Part shown: positions 1 to 11,300 of the stretch, one piece after another | Layout of the letters: each line of letters starts with the position of its first letter | Numbering within the stretch: the stretch's first letter is position 1 | Translations under genes and position numbers: made by a program | From: Amoebophrya sp. A120 | Taxonomy: Eukaryota; Protista; Dinoflagellata | Direction: 5' to 3' | Length of the DNA: 64,000 bases | NCBI GenBank assembly: GCA_905178155.1 | Contig: CAJINV010000008.1 | Location: 1,550,001 to 1,614,000, forward strand | The notes under the pieces: generated by a model | The model's input: only the letters and a program-made list of their open reading frames with translations | Database searches by the model: none | Told to the model about the DNA's origin: nothing

Positions 1-102
1 ATATTTTCCAGCTCGAAATATTTTCCAGCTCGAAATATTTTCCAGCTCGAAATATTTTCCAGCTCGAAATATTTTCCAGCTCGAAATATTTTCTAGCTCG
101 AA
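1..102. repeat. 17-bp tandem repeat (ATATTTTCCAGCTCGAA x6), runs off window start
   Basis: Six head-to-tail copies with no spacers; last copy has one mismatch. Confidence 0.95.
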
Positions 103-291
103 AATATTTCGCGACGCAAAATATTCTGCAGGGAGGGTCACTCGGATCTGCGTGATCGCGTGGCACTTCCTTACTGAAGTCCCGAAGGAAAAAAAAACCT
201 CAGCTGATCGCGCGTCCGAGGAGAACAACGCGATCAGGCAGCCGACGGTGGCGATCGCAGCCCTGCAAGCTGTACATGGATTGCCACCTAT

Positions 292-915
292 CCTACTGGG
301 AAATCTTTCCCCTGGGTAGCCAGAATTGCTGCGCTAAACACAGCAAGTCGGGGAATACAAGCAAAATTCCCCCTCGCCGAGCCAGTATCTTCCCGCTTTC
401 CCAATATCCCCTCACTATCCTGATACCCTCCCAGCACCCTACTGGGAAATCTTTCCCCTGGGTAGCCAGAATTGCTGTGCTAAGCACAGCAATTCGGGGA
501 AAACCAGCAAAATTCTCCCACCGCGAACCCGTACTCTACAAATGCCCCAATATCCCCTCACTATCCTGATACCCTCCCAGTACCCTACTGGGAGGGAAAT
601 CTGTCCCCTGGGTAGCCAGAAGTGCTGTGCTAAACACAGCAACTCGGGCAAAGCAGCAAACTTTCCCCAGCCGTTGCCAATATCCTCCACATACCCTGAA
701 TATACCCTCCCAGTATCCTACTGAAAACCCTCTCCCCGGGTAGCCAGAATATCTATGCTGAGCGCGCCAATTCGTAAGACTAAAGAGAAGCAAACCGCTA
801 TCATCCGTTCCCAATATCCTGTCAATAGACCGGTAGCCCCCAACTATCCCAATCCCTTCCCGTTAGCCCAATGTCTTCCCCGGGTAGCCAGAATAGCTGT
901 GCTAAACGCAGCAAC
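292..915. repeat. Degenerate ~145-bp tandem repeat array
   Basis: GGGTAGCCAGAA core recurs at ~313, 460, 610, 738 and 882, with CCCAATATCCCCTCACTATCCTGATACCCTCCCAG between the early copies. Confidence 0.85.
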
Positions 916-1019
916 TCGCGAAAAAAACCGAAAAGCCCCGAAATCTCCCCCGAAAATGCCCTTGGGCATCTCCAACCGAAATTCCGCCTGGATATGCCTT
1001 GGGGCGTCTTGCTTCGCCT

Positions 1020-2110
1020 GAAATTGCAGCAACGCCCGCGCCGCAGATGCCTTCTCAATGTGTTTCCAGCTGGATTCCCAGATAGAAATGGAACAGGCCT
1101 CTTCAGCTGGAAATCCAGCTGGAAACACTTTGAACAGCAACAGGCCAGGTGGGAAATGCATTGAGAAGGCGTCTGCAGCTGCATTTCCAGGTGGAAATGC
1201 GCTGCAGCAGATGCCTTTTCCAAATGTTTCCAGCTGGATTCCCAGCTGGAAACGCATTGAAAACGTCTGCCGCCGTCTGGGGAACGCCGCCGGCGGCCAA
1301 GCACCAGGCGAGCAGCTGCCCACCACCCTCCCCCGGCGCCCTCCCTCTGTTCGCGAAGGGAAAGTCGCGCCCCAGCGCCAGGCTTGCGCGCGAGCAGCTG
1401 CCCACCACCCTCCCCCGGCGCCCTCCCTCTGTTCACGAAGAGGCCGGCAGAGGGCGCCACCGTCCGCCGTTTCTGTCTTGGAGGGTGCGCGCGAGGGAAG
1501 CAGGCGGGGGCGAAACAGATTGCATGCGGGCTAACACGGGAGGCGCCGTTGCTGTCCGGGGGTGCTGGGGGAGAATGGTGGGCCCCTGCGCCTGGGAGGC
1601 AATGAATGCCCCGCCCCGGCGCCCGTCTATCTTCCATCCACACGCGCGGCAGGGGCCGCAACGCGCCCCCGTTCTGCAAAGCCGCGCGCGGGAGCAGGGC
1701 GGGGGGCACCAAGGCGCACAGGGGCGGGGCACACAGGCAGGCGGCACGAACGGGCCACACCGCAAACGCGCGGGCGGGGCGTCACGCGCCAGCGCCTCGC
1801 ATGGCGCGCACTGTTCCCCTGCTTCCTTCCCCCGTCCACTGGCGGCCGCCCGCTGCCGCGCTTTGCGTTGTTGCTTGGGCCTAAGGCTTGCCGCCACGCA
1901 AACGCGCGCCCAGTGCGGGCGGGGTCCTCGCGCTCGCACAACGACGGGAACCACGGGCGCCATGGCGCTCCGCCTTCGTTCTTTCAGCAAGAGGGGCGCA
2001 GATGCCTGGCCCCGCCCTGCGTCAAAAATTTTCTCCCTTGCCCCTCTGGCGTTTTTCTTTCCCCCCCGTCCACTCGTTCACCCTCCCACTGCGCGACATA
2101 AGTTGCGGCC
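1020..2110. repeat. GC-rich repetitive block, probably part of a large mobile element nested in an introner
   Basis: Clustered CCAGCTGG palindromes at 1065-1255; 45-bp direct repeat at 1308-1352 and 1390-1434; abuts a left-truncated family-D introner. Confidence 0.55.
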
Positions 2111-2111
2111 T

Positions 2112-2204
2112 TGTAGGTAAATCAGCATTACAACTTCCATTTTTTTTCTTGAAAAAATTTGTGATGCAATTTTTTATACTAGTACGATACTTTTGCAATG
2201 CATA
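2112..2204. mobile_element. Introner family D, right part only (left end missing)
   Basis: Ends with the family-D terminus GTACGATACTTTTGCAATGCATA; about 55-60 nt of the left end absent. Confidence 0.75.
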
Positions 2205-3797
2205 AATCCCGAGGGAAGACAAATTGAATTCCAGCTGATGAACCTGGAGTATCCTGTGCAAAAGTATCGTACTCGTACTAATCGCAGTCATGCATTACAA
2301 ATTCTGTTCTCATTGTAAATCCGCATTACAAATTTTATTTCTCATGCTGAGGGAATTCGAATTTGTCATGCATTTATACGAGTGCGATACTTTTGCATTC
2401 CATATGGAGAATCGAACCGCAATGTCGTCTTCTCTCGTCGTGAACACCACTACTGCAACTAGTTCATCGTCTCAGAGCATTGAAGCAGTAGACTCTGGTG
2501 AGAGCAGTGGCACTGATGTTCTCCTCCAGACGCTGCTCCGCATCTTTCAGGACCGCATCAACCGAGCGGCTTCGCCGGCATCGGACCAGGAAACTACACA
2601 CCAGCAGGGTGTTGACGTGCTGCAGGGTACCGCTACCGCATCAGGCTGGACACAGGAAGCGTCGCAATCGTGGGTTCCCCTTGGGCACGCGATGCGCGGA
2701 ATCCCCCGGCCCATGTTCCTGACCCTGCGCCCCGTGGTCCAGGAGGAGGTGAGACTCGTCGCGTTGGTCGTGCTACCAGAAGAAGCGCCCGATCTGGAGA
2801 ACGCGGACCTGGACTACCAGTACGTATCAAATGTAATGTAAAAATGTCTGGGTCTGTTCGATTCTAAACTTGTAATGCTGTCGCTGGATTCTAAAAAAAT
2901 TTGTATTGCATGACCAGCAAAAGGACTCCAGTTTGTGCTACGTGGAGAGGTCATTTCTCATGCGGTAGAGGCATCACAAAGTCCTCTAAAAATCTGTGAT
3001 GCTAGGGCATGCATCACAGACATCATGGGTCATTCAAAATATGCATGACAAACCTGGCAATCTTCCAGACCCAGACATTTTTACATTTGATAGTACGCTG
3101 CCCCGGACGAAACTGCCCTCACGAGAAGTGCCCACATGCTGATGCAGCTCACGCTCGGCCCTGACCTCATCACGTGGAGCGAGCCGCTTCGCATTGATCC
3201 AGCAACGTCGCAAGCGCAGGAAGTGTACGACCCTGTGCAAAAGTATCTTCGTCGTGATATTGAGTTCAAAACAGGAGGTATTGTTTTGGTAGTAGGTGAA
3301 AATAGAGAGATCTTGTTGCTGTTCATCTGTATGCTGAACGATAACCTGGATCGCACCTTTACCTCCCACTTGGACGTGTTGGAGTCGCTTTTTTCATACC
3401 GCAAAGTTGCTTGCAGTTGCAACTGATATGCCATTGCATATGCGATAGCGATACTTTTGCAGTGCATAAAGTCGAACCAGACCACCTGACGCAGAAGAAT
3501 TCCGTGGAGGGTGCGCAGCTTGCCGCCCTACATTCGTCAGGCAGCCCCTCAGAAGCCCCCGCGGACGGCGCGGCAGCCCCAGCCACGGATCTCGTCGTGT
3601 GGCTCCAAAAGAGCATAACCGAACCGGTCCACCTCCTCGTTTTTGCGGTCCTCTACTTCGTTGGTGCGTCCGTGTCCTTCGGTAAGGTATTTTTGATGAA
3701 TACCCCCCTGGTTCCGCTGCGCCAAGCCCTCTCTTCTGCGAAGAAAAACCTGCACGATAAAGTCGTAGCCGCCAGAAACTGGCTGAGGAATAAATAG
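2205..3797 (+). CDS. Hypothetical protein, 5'-partial, with C-terminal hydrophobic helix; exons ~2205-2249, 2410-2824, 3098-3225, 3474-3797
   Basis: Removing three introners plus one TSD each gives a continuous frame (NLE|NRT, DYQY|AAPDE, QAQEV|EPDH) ending at TAG; VHLLVFAVLYFVGASVSFG is hydrophobic. Confidence 0.7.
2250..2404. mobile_element. Introner family D (155 bp)
   Basis: TIR TATCCTGTGCAAAAGTATCG / CGATACTTTTGCATTCCATA; TSD TGGAG. Confidence 0.92.
2825..3092. mobile_element. Introner family A (268 bp)
   Basis: TIR TATCAAATG..AAAAATGTCTGGGTCTG / CAGACCCAGACATTTTTACATTTGATA; TSD GTACG; nearly identical to 12127-12395. Confidence 0.95.
3226..3468. mobile_element. Introner family D, diverged (243 bp)
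   Basis: CCTGTGCAAAAGTATC / GATACTTTTGCAGTGCATA; TSD AAGTG/AAGTC. Confidence 0.8.
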
Positions 3798-5393
3798 AAG
3801 AGGATCTTCTTCACGAATAAACGGAAACAAGCATCAATTACTTTACACTTTAGCACTATGGAGGGAAGTCTTTGCCGCACAATGATGAATCCCAGATATT
3901 TCTTATTCTTTCTACGCTTGACTCAACATCCACGAAAACGATCATCTGAGATCTCCTGTCCAAGATAAAGATACACGACCGAGAACGTCGAAACTGCTAT
4001 TGTCACTGATCGGCGCGCGGGTGACAAAGCACAAATTGCAATTGTCAGAAAAAAGAAAGTGTTGAGATAAAAAATTGCAAAATTGATGTTTCTATTGGTT
4101 AACCGTAATGTCGAAGTGGAAAATTGAAGATTAACAACATAAACGCTTTTTATTTGTTGCCGGTGTGTAAAAAAAAAGCTATCAAGTCAGAGAGACCCCC
4201 TTGTAGTTGTAACTAATACTAACAAACTTTGCCTTTCTTTTCGTAGAAAAATGTATACGTCGAAATGTGAATGAATTGAATCGCATACTTCGCCTTTGCC
4301 TTTGCGAGGGGACCGGTCATTTGTATAATCTTGAAATTCTGCAAACGCATGTTGAATTTCATCTCAGTCCGAAAAAGAAAAGCGAAATGGAGCACAAAGA
4401 ACAGACAACGAAATGGAGCACAAAGACTGTAGACTGTGCTGCATCTTCCCGCTTTACGTGCAGCATCTGCGGGAAAATTAGAGCGTGTCTCTCCAGTATC
4501 TGTGGGAAAATGTGGAGCATCTGCGGAAAAAAGTGTCGTCGAGTCCTCGACCGCCTTCAGTATACAACTGCTAAAATAGTTTTACTTCATTCCAAAGAGA
4601 GAGCAAAGGACTCGTGTCTAGAAACGTGACGTTCGCAAGTTTGGCTGATGTGGTTGTATGGACTTACGGATCGCACTATCAGTGGCTGGCTCAGATTCGT
4701 TTACCAATCGAGGTTATTCCTGCCTCGTATCTTCAGTTTGTGTGCTGATAGGGATGACAAGTGCGAGTATGTTCGTCTCCAAAGAGTATAGTACGAGGAC
4801 AACGAGTGATGATAGAGTGCAACGTCAGCCATTGTGGCAAGAAAGCATCCACAAAAAATCGTCCTTCGCTCGGGTAACCGACATGCTTCTCTGCAAACAG
4901 ATTGGTAATTAATGTCGGACGCAGAGCGCAAAGGCAATAAAGCGAGAAAAATCAAAAGCGATTGATCATGTAACATGGATTTAGAAACTTGCAAATCATT
5001 TAAGTAGAGTAGGAATAGAATTGTTCCCTTGTATGTTGAATCTTCTATACGATGGATTTCTTGACGATGTAGGACAAACAAATAAGATGAGGCAGAGGCA
5101 CACCCATCGCGCGGTCGCGTCCCAAATTTGGGCTCGCCCCGGCGATCCCCGAGACTCCTCGTTTTTCGGTGACTGAGGTTACGACAGCACTCAAGTCTAC
5201 TGTTGACGATCTGCTTGTCGCTTGCTAAGTACTTCCACGCGAGCGTGACCCATTCGCCGCAGGAGCTAGCTGCGTGTTTATTTGTCGCGTCTGGCAGTGT
5301 CGTGTGCCAGTGAGTCGCAGTTGCGAGGGTGAAGTAGCTCTGGCGCATTCGCATTGTGCAAGTGGGTAGAAGGCTATCTATTTGCGACAAATT

Positions 5394-8300
5394 ATGGCGA
5401 CTGCAGCGGGAGATCAGACGGGCGCGCCGCCGAAGCCGGCCGAGCTCGAGAAGGCGCAAGTGGCGGAGGCATATGGAAGCGCCAGGCTTGAAATCGTCAA
5501 AGTTGAAATAGTTTGTAATGCATAAAATGCGATACAAAAAGTGACTCTATTGTTGAAGGCGCGAGGGAGGCAGATTCTAGTGCTGGTGAGGGTCAACAAT
5601 TGGGCTGCTGACTAGCATGACAGGGAGCAACCACCTTTCCCGAAACAGCATGACAGACTTGCTTCAGAGGCCAGGAAAATTTGTCATGCGCCGGTTGGAA
5701 ACTGTGGGTCCAGCTGGTATAGATTTTATGCATCACAAATTATTTCAACTTTGTTAATTTCAATCCTGACAGTCCCATAAGGCACGGTTTGACCGTATCA
5801 TCCGGCAGTTGAAGAATCTAGCGCTGTATGACAAGCTACAAAAAACCGACCGGCTGCACTTGATCACAAGGGCAGAAGTAGTGGAGTTATTCAACATTCT
5901 AGATCAGAACAACTCGGGGGAAATAACACGAGAAGACCTCTTGATTCTGGCCTCGATACCAGGTTTGCTATAGAATTTTTATGGCTGTGCTTTGCTGGTC
6001 CGCCCTTATCCTTTGCAATGTCACAAGCAGGCAGTTTATAGATGTAAATCAATGGATACGACCATCCGTGGAGAAGAACAATATATGTGGTCTGTGCTTC
6101 TTTATTGTGTTTGATGAGCTTTCTCTTTGTGGCTGGTCCTATCCAGTTTATTTTCAAAATTAGGTTTGATGATATCATATGTTAATCTTGTCGGATCGAT
6201 AAAACTTATGATGTCACTGTCAGCTTAATTGTATACCATTTCGTAAAGTGGATTTCACATGAAGACCACGATAAAAACCATGAAATTAAATCAGGATCAA
6301 ACTTTTCGGAGACCCATGTCAACAGCATCATGGAGGATTGTGATCGCGATTATCCAGACTAAAAATCTCCCCAACCAAGAGTCAAGATGAGAGTTTTGCT
6401 TTGGGTGTTGCGCATGACAAGTTTCTGCTCGTGGTTTAGCCCATCCGCAACACAAACCGATCGTCTTAGCTTCCTCATTCGGGCATGACAAACTTCCCGA
6501 CAGCATTATGAATGCTCCTCGTGGGTTTGGGCCTGCACATGAGAAAGATGTTTTTCCGTTTTACAATTGCAGACTTCCATGCCGTTCTGACCCTAGATCT
6601 CCTGCGTCCGAAGCTGCTTGCGGCGACGGTGCAAAGGTTTTTGAAGTGGCGCAGTCGGGTATGCATGACAAATGGCGTTGCTGCACCGTTTTTAGCATAA
6701 AACAGATGTGTGCTGGGGACGTTTTTCCACAGGATAGAGATGGTAACGGGATCATTACCATCGAAGAACTTTTTAAGGCGGTCTATGAACTGCAAATGTG
6801 TCTGGGTCTGGAAGGTTGCGAGACGTGTACTGAAGCGCTGCCAGAACAAAAAAGAGCTTCATGAGCATGAGAATGCAGCTCCTTTTTCTTCATGCAAAGT
6901 CGCGATTTTTCATGTGTTTTATTACGGGATACATAGTTAAAAAATTATTGTCCTCGTGCCTGCATGCCTATTCGACTTCGTTTATCACGATCACGACGCT
7001 CACTAACGCCTTTACATGAAAAGATTCTAAACCTCCCAGGCATATTTGCCATGCATACGGTCACTCAGGGAACCATGGCGTTTTCTGTCATGTTGGACGA
7101 AGTCTCGGGGCGCAGAATACATGGCACCAACGACGAGTGCTCGCGTGAGCATCTGCTGCGCTACATGAAGCACCAGTTCAACAAGGACTATGCAAGAAAA
7201 ATACTGTGGAAGTGTAAGTCTGTGATGCAGAAAATACAAAACAGTTACACTTGTCATGCCAGACAGCCATGAAGTCCTCGCTTTATGTGTGTCTCCCCTT
7301 ATAAGCCACGCATGACAGGTTTTCTCTGTCATGTAGAGCAAATTTGTGATGCTGTCAGCTAAAGAAAGTTACACTAACGCAGTTTTTTTCTTGGATAAGG
7401 ACGATGCGTGTTTCAGTTTACCCTTCACGCTATGCATTCCAAAAGTATCGTAGTCGTATCAGAAGTATGAATTGCATTACAAATTCGCTCAGCATTAAAA
7501 GGGTTTTCGTAATGCGGATACACCTTGGGACTGGGAACTAGAGTGGTAATGCGGGATCGCAATTGCGTACGACTACGATGCTTTTCCACAGGATATACGC
7601 TGCTTTTTTTCACCGTGTTTCTGTTCCTTATTCAGATTCATTTGGAGATCTCTATGCAATGTAAATTTCCCGTACATGTACAAACTGCATGACAAATATT
7701 GCTAATTTGCAGTGTACAACTTGTCATGCTAGACTAGGATTGAAGGCAAACTTTGTCATGCAGAGACAGCCTTTGTACGTGTACAGGAAATTTCCTGTGG
7801 ATAATCTCCTCAACCTTCTTAGTCCACTCTGCCATCCAGCACGAAATTGACGGCGAGGGAGGCCGGACGAATCACGAAGGACCATTTCTCATGAGAGACG
7901 TTCACGATGTATAATTGCGTCCTAAGTTAGTAGCCTTGATTCTAACCGCTCTTGACCCAGACAAGAGATACATGAATATGGTGATGTTATACCAGTGTTT
8001 TTGTTTATTACCAACGAAGTCTCGGCATTTGTAAATTGATACACAGTTTATTTCAGTTATGCTTATGTCATGTTAGTGAACTACCATAATATCAAAAACC
8101 TTTTCAATTTTTTTTTCTCCACAGACACCGACTTTCTGGGATTGGTTCAACTCGTCCTTCGTAGCATGCACATTCAAATCCGCTGCCGTATCCAGTGCAT
8201 ATCAGGTGTCTGCTTTCACGTCAGATGAACATGTCAATGTCAATTTATACGCAAACCCGCATAGAGAAGTGTCTTCTCAAAGCAGGATAAGGGCAAAGCC

Positions 8301-11300
8301 AATAAGATGAAGTACTAGGAGAGCACTTTTTATTGATCATTGTTACTGTACGAATGCGACCGATTTGCTTGCGACGAATGCAGCACATAGTCGATCTCTT
8401 CACATATGCATTTTTCAAAATCAATATGCATTTGTACGATCATGATAAAAAATATGATGCAAAGCGGGAATTGGCATAGCGAATCGGAATCCAGCGCCTG
8501 TTGCCTGCGGTGCTTTCACAGGCATGATTTTGACTCTACATGATGCAGCTGCGAGTGCGACACTGTTTTTGTATTGGATACGTGTACTGGTTGCCTGATT
8601 TTCCTGTTCCGGGGCGAGTGGGCACCTTCAATCAGATAGTTGGCGGTGTGGGGTTGACAAAGCACGAGACCATTATGGAGAAATGCGAGCAGGATGAGTG
8701 GCTTCAGACAACCTACGATGCACGAGCTATTGAAGAGTCTCTAACACCGTGTGCCTACATGGACGGCGCCGAGGTGGAGACCACGGAATGGCTCTTCTAT
8801 CAGATGCACGAAAATGACCTTCGGGACCAAATCGAAAACCTGATTAACACACAGTGGCTTAACTATCCCACGAAAATGTTGAGTCAAGGGAAACAGGAGC
8901 TATGCGTATGCACACGACGCGGCTAAAAAGACTTGCATGCATGATGGATGACGCAGGTGCAGTTTGAAGATCTGACGCAGACCATCCGCGCAAATTATTG
9001 AAACGCTGATATACCTTTAATAGGAAAGGAAAAAACTTTAAAAAATCTTCCAAGAAGAAGGGCACTGGTTGCGACGAAATGTTGTCTGAGAACATCGAAG
9101 TACTTGTGACAAGTCCTTCGAAGATGTCCTCAGCTGAACTAAATTTATCACCGCTGGCAGTCCAGAAAGAACTGAGGTAGATGAAGCGGCACACTTTTCG
9201 TACACGCTCCAACTTGATAGCTGCCTCAGACTTTCGTGCGGATAAAAGCCCGAAGGTGACGCTAATCCGAATTCGATTTCTCAGCTACAACGCACCTTAC
9301 GGCCTTTTTACGAGTACGCATCTGGATATTGCGTGGGACAGACAGGGTCTCTATAGGATAAGGTATCCAATAGACCTACCATTTTGATGGGTATTTTTTC
9401 ACCCACTCGCATGTCCTGTCATTGCTTTTGCCATTTTCTGTCTTTTCTAGCGCAGTATACCCGCCCTCGCCGTCTCCATTCTATTGTGCATTTTTATTTG
9501 CAGTCAGTGATGTCAATCTCAACACACACTTGCAATGTATCAACATCCGACTCTTCCATTTCTGATCAGATCAGCATGAGCGCCACGGCGGGGCATACCT
9601 GCTGGCGCTGCTGTTCATCTTGTTCGATGTTTTCGAATAAATCGGCTTGCTCGAGGAACGCGTGATGCACGATAGCAACAAAAGTGGTAGATGATGGTGG
9701 AGACACGACAGTGACGGAGACACCTGATTAGCAGTCGACTCTTCGATCGATAATTTTTAAGAATATATTTATAATAAAATCAGGTACTACATGACCTCGT
9801 TTGAGGCGGACCCATATGCGAAGGGGTGGAAAGTGATCATAGATTTGCTGTATGTGGCCCTGGTCATGAAGATGATGTACGCGGAGTCGAAGGAGATGAT
9901 ACCGGCGATCAAAAATGGTCTCGATGGGTTTCTCGACTACTGGGAATTCTGGAACGCGATCGATTGGCTTTCCATCTTCACCGGTGTCGTGCTACTTGCG
10001 ATGTGGCTTTCCATGGTCGGAAGCATCAGTGGGCAATTGAAGGAGGAGATAATAGGTACTGATAGTTTCCTTTTTCCCACTGTTCATCTTTGGCCTGCTG
10101 CATCCTAAGTTTCGTTGTAGTTGACCTGACCCGCAAATAAGACCGTTCCGCTGCGTCGCTGTGGATGCTGGCGCAGGCTAGGGCCTTTGTCTTTTGTAGC
10201 GTTAGCGTTACTCTTCTATTGTACTTACTACAGCGTTAGCTTCTTTCCATGATAGTAGAGTGTCAACAATAGCAATCCGCACCACCTTTCTCGCTTGGCA
10301 GGTCTCCCGTCCCAGCAGATCGAAGGCAGGATGGGTTTGGACTCCTACATTGTGCAGATTGCGGATTTTTTGACTCCGCAGCAAATCGAAGACCAGAGTG
10401 GGCAAACCTTGGAAGACATGGCGGCGAAAAGCGAGAAGGTGCTCACCGCACTAGAGGAGATTATCCGCAGAAAAAAACCCATTTCCATCCATTTTTTGCA
10501 TGACAAACACAGGACTTTATACGTGTTTTGCATGACAAATTAGATGCGGATGGGTGTTTCTTCCTGGATAGAGATCGTCAGTTCCTACTCGCTGTTCCGC
10601 AGCTTCATTGCGGGATACATTTTGGTGATGATGATGCGATTTTTCAAGGCTTTCCGCGCCAACCCCCGTCTGAACGTGGTGACGCAAACGATTCTGGAGG
10701 GGTCCACCGATATCAGTCACTTCGCAGTGGTGTTTCTCACCATTTTCACCGCCTTCGTGTTGTGTGCGCAGGTGCTGTTTGGAAGCCGAGTGAAGCAGTT
10801 TTCCACGCTCACAAGGGCGTACAACATGGCTTTCCGCATTCTCATGGGCGAGTTTGACTTCGACGCCATGACCCTCGGGAGCGACCTGGACTACCTGTAC
10901 GGAACCCTCTGGTTCTGGATGTTCGAAACCTTGGTCTTCTATGGATGTGTCAGAGTTGAAATCGACAAAGTTGAAATAATTTGTCATGCATAAAATGGAT
11001 GCCAGTTGGAACCCAGTTTCCAAGTGGCGCGTGACAAATTTCGGTGGTCCCTAAATCCAGTTTGTCATGCTATTTACTTTTAGGCGAAGAAGAGCGATTT
11101 TCTCATGCTACTTTAGCAGCTCGAGCTGTAACCCCAAACATGCTTACAATCGGCTTCACTTGCCTGCTCTGCAACACATGTGCCTCGGGTCATGCATTTC
11201 ATGCATTACAGATTATTTCAACTTTGACGATTTCAAACCTGACGCTTCCATATCTTCCTGATCATGTTTAATATGTTGCTAGCCATTGTAATGGACACCT

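Noticed and set aside
1-102. CRISPR-like array
   Set aside because: Identical 17-bp units without spacers, no cas genes, eukaryotic context
276-2205. Many overlapping ORFs up to 323 aa
   Set aside because: Products of GC-rich repeats; no recognisable domain
4701-5537. 278-aa minus-strand ORF
   Set aside because: Starts inside a family-B element and overlaps the channel start codon on the opposite strand; no motifs
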